In this document: piece by piece, positions 11,111-20,000 of the stretch | Numbering within the stretch: the first letter of the stretch is position 1 | Layout: the number at the start of each line of letters is the position of its first letter | Translations under genes and position numbers: made by a program | Assembly (NCBI GenBank): GCA_029717555.1 | Contig: JAMDHS010000060.1 | Span: forward strand, 114,017 to 134,016 | DNA from: Peribolospora baueri | Taxonomy: Eukaryota | Length of the DNA stretch: 20,000 bases | Direction: 5' to 3' | Notes under the pieces: generated by a model | Seen by the model: the letters and a program-made list of their open reading frames with translations, nothing else | Database searches by the model: none | What the model was told of the DNA's origin: nothing

Positions 11111-11989
11111 TCAAAGGTCGAAATTAGATTCTATAAACTTGGAGATTCCCTCTTCGTCCTCATTGAGTGCCATATGTATGCAATCTTCAATCTTGGCTAT
11201 GGTGGGAAACTTGGCCCGCCAAGCGTCGCTGTACACCAAGTAATGCAGAGGTTCGTTCATGTAGGCGTAATAGTCTTCGTGCGGTAGAATCCCGCGTATT
11301 CCCAGTCCAACAAAGCCGTCACTTTGCCGTCCTTGGCAAGGATGTTGCACGCCGGAAAAATCGCCGTGGCACAGAACGATGTCGCATGGCTCGATCTGAA
11401 TGGCGCCCGATTCCAAATGACGAATGAGCCGGTCCAACGGTTCGACGTGCGGCCTTTCAATGACCCCAAGACGCCGGATGAGGTACTCCACAACCGATCC
11501 ACACGGCTCGACAGGGGGACGAACGCCCAGGCATGTGACCCGCGGGTGCGTCAGCTTCTGCTCCGGACCAAAGCCTCGAATCACGTCGCTTTTGAACGAG
11601 CGCAGCTGCTCCCGAAAGGCTAGTATTTGGGCGACGAGGTTGTCGTCAATCACGGCGTCGTCATCATCCGGGAGCGGAGTTCCCTCCATCTTCTCCAGGT
11701 ACATGAATTCGTAGCGCCCACCGACCATTCCAAGGCGATATACCTCTGGCACTGGAATGGTCGTATTTTCCTTGATGAATCGTACCGCTCCCGCGTAGTT
11801 TTTGTGAGCCTCTAAGTCAAGGTGGGCCTTGCCGTCTTCGACGACGTCCTGCACGCGTAAAACCTGACCGCCGACCACAGAAGCGGCCCTTGCACAGTAA
11901 TTCAAGTAAACCTCGTCGCCCGGGCTCAGCTCGGCTGGCCAGCTGCCGCCCTCCATTGCAGTTTCCGGCTGCCGTGGAGAGAAAGGCAT
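11111..11989 (-). pseudogene. Intronless aminoglycoside-phosphotransferase/choline-kinase-like (APH family) gene with two compensating frameshifts
   Basis: Main frame gives VRFIKENTTIPVPEVY, FMYLEKMEGTPL and IVLCHGDF. The expected continuation ACNILAKDGKVTALLDWEYAGFY lies in the overlapping frame (ORF 11257..11502) between ~11355 and ~11283, after which the main frame resumes (PHEDYY). Repaired consensus: HGDF[S/P]ACNIL...LLDWEYAGFYP. It could be an intact gene with assembly indel errors. Confidence 0.85.
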
Positions 11990-12135
11990 GGCAGAACAAG
12001 TTTGTGTATGAGACCGAGGCCGACATGAGAGAATAGGCCGCGAAGCAGCACGACGAGGTTAGGTTGAGCAAAGGGCGAACGGATGCGTTTTTCGCGAAAG
12101 AGAGTGAGGTTGCAAGGGTACCCAAAACAGCGACA

Positions 12136-12172
12136 GAGAAGGACAACGAGAAGGACAAGGACAAGGACAAGG
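12136..12172. repeat. Purine-rich hexamer repeat (AAGGAC)n upstream of the APH-like gene
   Basis: gagaaggacaacgagaaggacaaggacaaggacaagg read directly. Confidence 0.7.
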
Positions 12173-13007
12173 GAAAGAGAAAAAAGGGGGAATGTATGGC
12201 AAGACCACGTCCTCCGCTGAGAGCCCCGCAAGGACAAACAAAAGCAGGACCAGGCCGACGCTCGGCAGGAAGCCGAGTCAGCTCATTCTGAAAAAACTTA
12301 ATATTTCGGCCCACATCCGAACAGGAAAGAAAGCTCAGATGGGCTGGTCTGCAGACAGGTGCTGTCTGCCGGAGCCAAGCTTTTCGAGTCGAAAACCAAA
12401 TTTTAATTTTAAGGCAGGATGGGGGGACTTAATATGGGCAACCAAACGCACCGTGCGGCCGGCCATGGTTATTAGGCACTCCAACTGTTCGACCATCCTT
12501 CATATCGCTCCAGCATCGCACTTTGCGCCTTGCTACATATTCCAGGCAGTTCAAGGCGTGTCTTGTCGCTCCGGCTCTTTCCGTCCGCAACTCAAGTTGG
12601 TACCACCATGTCGTCCCTGTCGCTAACGCGTCAATTCATTCGACCCGGGCCAGTCGTCCGTCCTTCGTTGGTAGGAAGAGGTCGAGTACCGCGTACGCGC
12701 GCGAGCTGGTGACGTCAACGTTGACGCCCCAATAGTGAAGATGGCCATCGAAGAGCTCATAACGCTTAGTGTGAGGGAAGATGCGGGCGAGAAGGTCGCG
12801 ATCGATAATCCGGCCAGTGTCAAAGCACGCAGTTGCCTCGGTGATGGAGGTAGGACTGAGCCGGAAGGTGACCTCGAGATAGTCAGAGTGGCGGAAAGCG
12901 TATCCAGAGCCGAACGAGTGCAGGGCATCGGGCTCGATAACGAGTGGATTCGCTTTGATCTCACGCAGAGGGACGAGATGCGGCTGAGGAGGACCACTTG
13001 AAGGAGC

Positions 13008-13201
13008 CGCTATACAACAACTTCAAGTCCGATATCTCTTCGACTTCAACCCAGACGACCCCAATTCTTCGTCATCGACAAAATCAGCTAATTTCGCGAA
13101 ATGAAAGCGTCGCTAGCTCGTCGACTTTGTCGATGACGGAGAATTGGGGTCGTCTGGGTTGAAGTCGAAGAGCATATCGGACTTGAAGTTGCTGTACAGC
13201 G
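13008..13201. repeat. Near-perfect inverted repeat: arms 13008-13082 and 13126-13201, 43-nt spacer
   Basis: cgctatacaacaacttcaagtccgatat-ctcttcgacttcaacccagacgaccccaattcttcgtcatcgacaaa versus reverse complement cgctgtacagcaacttcaagtccgatatgctcttcgacttcaacccagacgaccccaattctccgtcatcgacaaa: 3 transitions and 1 indel. Confidence 0.97.
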
Positions 13202-13430
13202 ACGCAGTTGCACGATTCGAACGAAGATCGGGCGCAGGCGAGCTGGGTAGAGCTCCGAAGTCGACGGCATTACAAAGCGCAATAACCGTTCAGGGTCGTT
13301 GAGCGGTTGAAGAAAGGGGCGTTGCGACCGACGAGTCGATCGAGGTTGAGAGGGATTCGCGCATACGGTTGTGGGGTTACCAGGGCATCACCGCCATGGT
13401 GACGGCAAAAAGCGGCGAAAAGCGTGAGCC

Positions 13431-13458
13431 GACGCGACGCGACGCGACGCGACGCGAC
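13431..13458. repeat. (GACGC)5 pentamer microsatellite just downstream of the tRNA terminator
   Basis: gacgcgacgcgacgcgacgcgacgcgac read directly. Confidence 0.9.
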
Positions 13459-13463
13459 CGATG

Positions 13464-13482
13464 AAAAATAAAAACCAAAAAA
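13464..13482 (-). terminator. RNA polymerase III oligo-T terminator of tRNA-Thr
   Basis: Minus strand immediately after the discriminator: TTC-TTTTTT-GG-TTTTT-A-TTTTT. Confidence 0.85.
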
Positions 13483-13485
13483 GAA

Positions 13486-13581
13486 TGCCCCCTGACTGGA
13501 TTGAACAATCGACCTCAGCATTGCGTTGTGGGCGAATAACCCAAATACGAGTGCCGCGCTCTGCCACTGAGCTAAAGGGGC
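13486..13581 (-). tRNA. tRNA-Thr(CGT) with 24-nt intron (13522-13545)
   Basis: GCCCCTT TA GCTC AGTGGCA GAGC G CGGCA CT CGT A [TTTGGGTTATTCGCCCACAACGCA] A TGCTG AGGTC GATTG TTCAATC CAGTC AGGGGGC A. All four stems pair, the intron is at the canonical 37/38 position, A- and B-boxes are present, and the mature length is 72 nt. Confidence 0.95.
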
Positions 13582-14149
13582 TATTAGTTATTTGACTAAA
13601 ATTCGATGACAACCATATACCTTCAAGCGGCCTACAACCTTCACGCAGCCTACCTGCTTCAGTTAGCCTACCTGTAACGATCCACCCTCCGGCTTCCCAT
13701 CTTCTGCTAGTCTTCCTTAACTGTCCGTGCACCCCTTTCTCCGTGCTTCTCCGCTTCCCCGCGTCCGAGCTTTCCACGGACATGCAACTCTGCATGAATG
13801 CATGAATGCAAGATTGCAACCCGCGCCCCGCATTCTTCCCCTTGTCGTCTTGCTCTATCATGTCTGTATAAGAGGGCACTCTTTTCCTTCTCTTCTTCGG
13901 TATCAAGACGGGTAAACTGTGATGGAGGAAGACTACTGGGTTCCATGGTGGTCGGTGGGGCAGCGATGGATATCACCGCCCTCCACCGACCACATGACCT
14001 AGCCTACATGGCGATCTGGGCCCCTAACCGTTACACCCCCCCCTTAAAAGATGGTCGACCCGGACGCATGAACATGAATGGACGAAAACATGGGGTGAGG
14101 GAGAAACTTAAAGAGAAAGAGGCGAAGTCTGAGCAAAGGGAGACGATAA

Positions 14150-14915
14150 CGCTACCAAGAAGGCTTCCTCAGGCGGGTCGACCAGGCCCTCCAAGAGCTC
14201 GCCAAGGACGTGCGCCGGGGAGAGGCACGACCGTACGAGATGCGTCGGGGCGACGGCAAACCCACTGGGATCCTGTACTACTGGAGAGTCGCCCACTGCG
14301 GCGGGTGCGGTCATGTCGTCCTGGCCAAGTCCCAGAACGACACCCATGCGTGCGTGGCCAACGCGCTGACCGTCACTTTTGACGACTTTCCAGACCTAGA
14401 GCGTCTCGTCTTTGCCCACGACCTGATCCGGCACTCTCTCTTAGGAGAGGACGTCCCCGAGAGGGTCCGGAAGCTCGGGCTCGAGCTCGTTCCCGCGCGC
14501 TAGGGGCAGCTCTATAGAGCTGCTCCCTGCGGTCTCTCCAAGTTTGCTGGAATCCAAGGTCGTCTTGTGGCCGGAGGCGAGCTCGGACTGGCGGGCGACG
14601 TTGGCTTTAGATGCGGCGCTGCAAAAGCAAACGCAGTGTCCGGGTCGGTTCAAGGACATGGTCTGGCAAGACCCTATCGTGGGTGGCAAATATGGCCGGC
14701 TCACCCACCTCGCCAACAACGGGGCGGCACCCCTCCTCAACTATCGCTGCGCCGCCGGCTGTGACCATTTCCACACAAAGACGACCTGTCAGAGCCTCAT
14801 CAGCGCTCACCTGGCCCCGCAGATCCCCATCTGGAGTCTCCTCCTCGAGCATACACTCTTGCTTCTCGCCGTCCAGCACGTGAAGCGTATTCTGGATGCG
14901 ATTGCGGGCTTGTGA
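14150..14915 (+). pseudogene. Disrupted Cys/His-containing hypothetical ORF (two segments offset by a frameshift near 14500)
   Basis: 14150-14503 reads RYQEGFLRRVDQALQELAKDV...WRVAHCGGCGHVVLAKSQNDTHAC...LELVPAR*. An adjacent frame continues ARGSSIELLPAV...WQDPIVGGKYG...YRCAAGCDHFHTKTTC...LDAIAGL* (stop ends 14915). Composition is protein-like with G/C-ending codons, and there is no canonical splice donor to bridge the shift. Family not recognised. Confidence 0.45.
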
Positions 14916-15229
14916 ATGAGGAAAGAGGTGGAAAAAAGTCTGCGAGGAAGAGGTGCGCAAGATCAACGACGCAACCGCTGCATTGTTCGAGAGGTGCTCA
15001 CCATGCCAATACCTCTCAAGGAGGAGCGGATGGAAAGGGAAAGGAGGAGCTGAGGATGTGGACGTGGGACGTGACCGGAGGAAGGGAAAGGTGCAAAGCG
15101 CCGAGGGGTATGGTAGCGACGGGGTAATTTAATGTGTGTAGGGTGGGGTTGGTCTCCCCATTCAGGGGAGAAGGGACGTCTTTATATATACATGACGGGG
15201 AGAGTCTGAGACGAACACGCGGCGAACAT

Positions 15230-15284
15230 GAGGCAGAGAGAAACGAGGCAGAGGAACGAGGCAGAGGAACGAGGCAGAGAACGA
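15230..15284. repeat. 13-bp tandem minisatellite (AACGAGGCAGAGG, ~4 copies)
   Basis: gaggcagagaga aacgaggcagagg aacgaggcagagg aacgaggcagag aacga. Confidence 0.9.
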
Positions 15285-16580
15285 AGACACAATGAACGAC
15301 ATACACAATAAATACGACACGAGGGCGAGTTCACGTGCGGCTTGTTTGAACGTCTTCGCGCACGGACCAATCGTGAACGTCGTGGTCAAAAGTCCCATCT
15401 GGGGAAAGCTCGCCTCAAGGCGGTCCTTCGCCAAGATGGAGTTGCCAACAGCACGCGTGACCGTCCGTCCTCGTACTTACTTGGAAGCGACGCCCCCCAG
15501 TGCAAACATATGCATTTGGTGACGAAGACGAGGGACACCTACTGGAACGGTGAAAGAAGGTCTCTTTCGTCTGCGCCTTCTGTCCAGAGGGGCCAAGTCG
15601 CAATCACCGTATAGTACAACCTGACCAGGCGCTCGCTTCGCACGGCCGAGTCGCAGTTTAGCAAGACTGCGCTTGACGAGCCGCTCCCCTTGTCGTCGTC
15701 TACCCTTTCCTTCGCTCCAGAGCGGCCGGAGAGCCAGGATGACTAACCCTAAGTCGGAGAACAGGCCTTGCTGATCGTGCCTTCGAGCGTCGTTCCCGAT
15801 GGCAGTGACCAGACCTTCCGCGTCGCCCGATGACTGGCACAGACGACGCCCTTCGACCTTGGCGAGGGTGACGCTGCAAGTTATGGCGCAGATACGCCTC
15901 GACTTTAGTCTCCCTCTCACTCCTCCTCTCTTTCATCCCTGACCCGCTGCGCGGCTGACCGAGTGCTGTTGGGATCGTCGAGCTCCGCGACGACGTTTTT
16001 TTTTCGCGGCGGAACGCCGATTTTTCGTCGGTCGTCGTGGGTCGTAGTCATGGCGGAGCCGCGCCTGAGGTGGATTACTGCGTCGACGGCGACGTGGGCG
16101 GTTGGAGGACTCGACTGTGGCCCGGAAGGGTGTTCGACGGCGAGTTTTTCTGAGAGGGGACTCGACGACGAACGAGGTCGACGATGGGTCTGTGCCCTCC
16201 AGCGCGTCGGACACGGCCAACGTCCGGCGCACGGAGAGGAGCGGAGGAGACGAGACGGAGTAGTCGGTCGTCTCTCAGCCAACGCTGTCGGCCCCCACGC
16301 CGATTGGCATGCTGGGCAACGAGGCCGGGAAAGGCCGAGGCGCATAGCGTTTCACCAGCGTCTTCGCCAAGGGTAACGGACAATTTTACTTGGAAGCATC
16401 GTTCGGTGGCGCGATAATACACATTAAAGGAACGGCGGGCGGCCGTGGACCTGGTCCGAAAGACGCGAACGCTCGACTTGGATTGCAATACGCGAGGAAC
16501 GACGAAAGCGAAATCATGGTACATGGAGCCGAATGGGAGCGGGCACGGCAGAAACAGGGCACGCGCCGTCGCATCGCGAG

Positions 16581-19500
16581 CTAGAACCGCCTCTTCTTCC
16601 TCCCCTTCACGTCGCTCAGGCTTGGAGCGCCCCCGGCGGCCGCCGCCGCGTCCATCTCGGCCGGTCGGCCGCCTTCGTCCCCGTTCTCGTCTCCTCCCAC
16701 GTCTTCGTCCCGCGTCTCCTGTCGTTGCCGTTTCCCGTTGGCCAGCGGCGACCCTCGTTCTTCGTCGTCGCCCCCCGCTGGCGCCGCGGGCACGGGCGCT
16801 TTGAGAACTGGCGAGCAGACGCGGGTTGAGCGAGCGACCCGGACCGCGCACCCACCCCGCCGAGCCGACTCACCTTGATCGCGCGACATCATGGAGACGA
16901 GCCTCTTCTCGTAGCCCGTGAGCGCGCTCCACGTCTTCGAGTTCTGATTCGGCTCAATCTCCGCCCGCTTCAGAGCTTGGTCCAGGTGACTCTTGCTGTG
17001 ATCCGCACGCGCGACAGTCTCCGTCAGCTTGCGCTCGCGAACGACGAGAGAAACGACGGACTCACATCTTGAGCGCGTCCCGCGGCTGGGCGGGCACGAG
17101 AAGGTGGGCGAGCGACTTGAAGAACTGGATCGCCTTGTTCCTCAGGCCCTTGCTCTTGTTGCGCTCATGTCCCGCGATGAGGTTCACCGCGTAAGTGATC
17201 GCATCGGTGTGGACCTTGACCAGGACGGCCGGGTCGACGCGCTTGGTGATGACGAGCTGTGCGCCGCGAGCGAGGAGACTCGACCCGAGCGCCCGCGAGA
17301 GGGAGACGCACGCGTCGTCCGTCGGCACCTGTCCATCCATGAATAATTCGAACGCCTGAGAGACAGAGAGCGACGGAGACGGTGAGATGAGCTCGAGCGG
17401 GGAGCGTCAAGACGCACGGGAGACGCCCACCTCGCGCATAGAGTCCAAGACGACCTTGCCTCCCTTCACGGCCTCATCGCCGAAAAGGCATGCGTCTCGC
17501 AAGACGTCGACGACCACCCGAGCACACTGGTTGTAGATCTGGCCGAACCGGTCGTAATGAGATAGCACGGTCGGGGCGTGACGCAGGTCGACGACGCCCA
17601 GCCTGATGGCCGTCACGAACGTAGAAATGGTGGAGTAGAAGACGTGTTCGGACTGGAGGCGGGCCTGAGAGAGGCGGTTCGGGTCTGCGGTCAACCGACG
17701 AGGACGAAGGAGGTGTGAGCCTGACGATTCGCCCGAGGCCGACGCCATTCATACCGGGCAGCTCACCGCCGTTGGCTCTTTTGCCGGCCGCGACCGCAGT
17801 CTCGTGCGCCTGCGCCGGTCGATCGTCGTCTGCCCCACCGACATCGGCGGCGTCGGCGTCAGCGGACTCGTCTCCGCTGATCTCCTCGGCGAACTGGTCG
17901 ATCTCCGCCTGGACGAAGCCGGCACATCGGAACTGCAACTCCTCTTCGCTCCTCAGTCGCACGGCCGTCGCTAGGCCCGCGACGTCGTCGCCATTCGCAC
18001 TCGTTTTCGGAGCAGAGGCTCCCGCGAACAGGATGTACACTCTGAGGAGCTGCTCGAAGGCCTGTGGAGCGAGAAGAGGCAAAACGCGCTCAGATAAACC
18101 GAAGAGCGCGTTGGAAGAGAGCGGGCGTGACGACGTACCGTTCTTCGCACGCCGTGGCACGCGTTCGACTGCTCGCCCGTGACATACTCTCCGAGAGCGT
18201 CAAGGAGCGCGCTCCTGCGAGCCAGGAGTATGACCACCTGCGGAGATGAAGCGGTCGCGCCCGAAGCCAGACACGCGCGATACTTCCACATGATGTAAAA
18301 GGTCAACACTCGAAGCGCGTTCTCGACCATCTGCCAAAAAGCCATACGGCCAAAAAGGGCAAGGTGAGCAGACAATCGCACGGGCCGACAGCCGACAGCA
18401 AAAAAAAAACTCGACTCACCTGCTCTTCTTCTCGATAACCGAGGCGGCCGCGGCTGGCGAGAGCGAAGACGATATCCCAGCCGCTCGTCATCTTCCCTTC
18501 GTCATCCTCTTCCAGCGCCTTGAACAGATCCCTGCTGCCGAACAGCATGACCAAGCGCAGCATCGACGCAGACAACAACGCCGTCTCGTCCTCGCCAAAT
18601 GCCCAAGTCTCGAGATCGCGGCCGTCGGTCGCCTCTCGCAGTGAGGCCATCATGTCCTCCTCGAGCTGAGCGAATTTCGCGGCGTTCGTGTTAGCCAGCG
18701 ACGTGGCGGACATCATGTAACGGAGGGTGTCGACACAGTGACGCAAAATCACGGGGTGGTCCTGCCTCAGGTACTGCTTGCTGACATCGTCCCAGAGCGC
18801 GTCGTAAGCCGTGGTCATCCGCAGGTCCAGATAAAGGTCGAGATTCATCAGCTGGGGGATGAGGAGCAAGTCGGCCAGAGGGCCCGGATCGGTCTGATGC
18901 CTAGCGATGAGGCGCGGGAGAGCGTTGATGAGGGTCCTGGTCGCGTCCGCTTTTTGCTCGTCTTCCTCCTAGGACCGGATCCGTCGCAAAGACCAGTCAG
19001 TCATCAGCCGTTTCCTCGCTCGCCAGACGGAAACACACCAAAAAGCCCGAAAAAAGCTCACCTCGGCTCCATTCGCCTTGGACACTTCGTCGTTCTTGCG
19101 CAGAACGGCTACCAAAGCCTCGATGAGCACCGCCTCCTCCGAGTTGTGGAGCTGCAGTGCCGCGGGCGTCTCGGAGTGTGGCTGCGCCGTCGAAGATGGT
19201 GCGCTAGAGCCAGCGGCTGACGAGGAAGAGCGAGGGTGTTTGGCGGGCGAGGCGGTGGAGTGGTCCATCAACAGGAGCTCGACGATAGGCTTCCATTGGC
19301 GGACCGCCGGAACGCTCTGCCAGAGAGCCTCGACGGCCAGTCCGATGCGACCTTGCTTGGCTCCATCGATGGACGAGGCCAGTCTACCAGGGTCCTCTCG
19401 ATTCGTCGAAGCCAGCGCGTCATCCACGCCATCCAGAGACGCGAGACTTGCGTTCTGCGACGCCTTGGCATCCCGAATCATCTCGTCAAGCTGGCGAGAG

Positions 19501-20000
19501 AACTTGGCGAGCAGAGAAGCGAGACACTTGACCCTGAGCAGGTCGTCTTGTGAACTTTGCTGCTGCTGCGCCTCTTCGACCGTGACTTTGCGCTTGCGCT
19601 TGCCGAGTCGGTCCGAGTCCGAGGGAAGTTCTGTCCTCTTCTCCTCCACGATCTCTTCCAGCACGCCGGCCACGAAGCCGGCGACGGCGTTGCGGATCGG
19701 GGGCGCGTTGTCGTATATGTGCATGGCTAGAGAGTTTCTCTGTGCTTCATCGAGCAGGCCATGCCGATCGATGGCGATGAGGACCTCGATCGTGGCCACA
19801 CGAACGGAGAGGTCGACGTCGCTGACGCCCATCTGCACCAGACGCTTCTTGAAGAGTTCGGTAAAATGCTGCACCGAGCCAACGAACTCCTCCTTCGAAT
19901 ACAGACCCATCATCGCCTTCACGGCCTCGATGCGAACGCTCGGCTCCTGGGGGTGGCGGGGGGGGGGGGGGGGTCCAGAGGTTCAGCGCCCACCCCGAGA
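16581..20000 (-). CDS. SCC3: Cohesin subunit Scc3/Psc3/STAG family, 3' portion (5' end lies beyond the window)
   Basis: Visible exons (-): 19946-19062, 18968-18420, 18330-18139, 18061-17755, 17684-17431, 17355-17066, 16995-16874, 16807-16581, phases consistent. VRIEAVKAMMGLY...QHFTELFKKRLVQMGVSDVDLSVRVATIEVL follows the stromalin conserved domain; also LINALPRLIARHQTD, LLIPQLMNLDLY, WDDVSKQYLRQDHPVIL. HEAT-like helical repeats and a basic C-terminal KGRKKRRF. Psc3-type versus Rec11-type cannot be resolved here. Confidence 0.88.
19958..19973. repeat. G16 homopolymer (poly-C tract on the coding strand at the 3' end of an SCC3 intron)
   Basis: Lies between a putative branch site near 19981-19986 and the CAG acceptor at 19947-19949 on the minus strand. 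Confidence 0.85.

Noticed and set aside
11089..11112. Telomere-like repeat atcctcatcctaatcctaatcctc
   Set aside because: The unit is TCCTAA, not CCCTAA, with only two copies; better explained as a decayed GAG-GAT codon repeat.
11111..11989. Bacterial aminoglycoside-resistance gene or contamination
   Set aside because: Motifs (TTIPVPEVY, DWEYAGFYP) are typical of the expanded fungal APH-like family and the gene sits between intron-rich fungal genes; no substrate can be inferred.
12351..12369. 8-bp hairpin gcagacag-gtg-ctgtctgc
   Set aside because: Too short to be distinguished from chance in 20 kb without further support.
12735..13001. 88-aa ORF MKMAIEELITLSV... ending at the inferred insertion edge
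   Set aside because: Short, no motif recognised; not supportable as a gene without a homology search.
10313..13003. CACTA or PIF/Harbinger transposon (3-bp target duplication)
   Set aside because: No terminal inverted repeats or CACTA/G ends at the inferred junctions and no transposase fragments recognised.
15230..15284. CRISPR-like repeat array
   Set aside because: Units are directly adjacent with no spacers, in a eukaryotic context; simple minisatellite.
15963..16580. ORFs just downstream of the SCC3 stop
   Set aside because: No recognisable protein features; probably 3' UTR or intergenic DNA.

Overview
GC-rich, intron-dense eukaryotic DNA (GTGAGY...YAG introns), most likely from a basidiomycete fungus (inference). 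Three housekeeping genes could be spliced by hand into uninterrupted frames: mitochondrial isoleucyl-tRNA synthetase (+, 1824-6787, 18 exons, 1077 aa), mRNA cap guanine-N7 methyltransferase ABD1 (-, 9520-7140, 7 exons, 619 aa) and the 3' part of cohesin subunit Scc3/STAG (-, from beyond 20000 to 16581). Between ABD1 and SCC3 lies a ~7 kb accessory interval. It holds an intact intron-containing tRNA-Thr(CGT) (-, 13581-13486) and a decayed same-strand tRNA-like copy 3.3 kb downstream of it (10145-10063). Between the two tRNA sequences are a fold-back duplication whose left arm appears split by a ~2.7 kb insertion, a 75-bp near-perfect hairpin, and an intronless APH/choline-kinase-family gene whose catalytic segment lies in a different frame between two compensating frameshifts. 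Decayed Cys/His-rich ORFs lie on the other side of the tRNA. No integrase or transposase is recognisable, so the tRNA-bounded island interpretation is a hypothesis.
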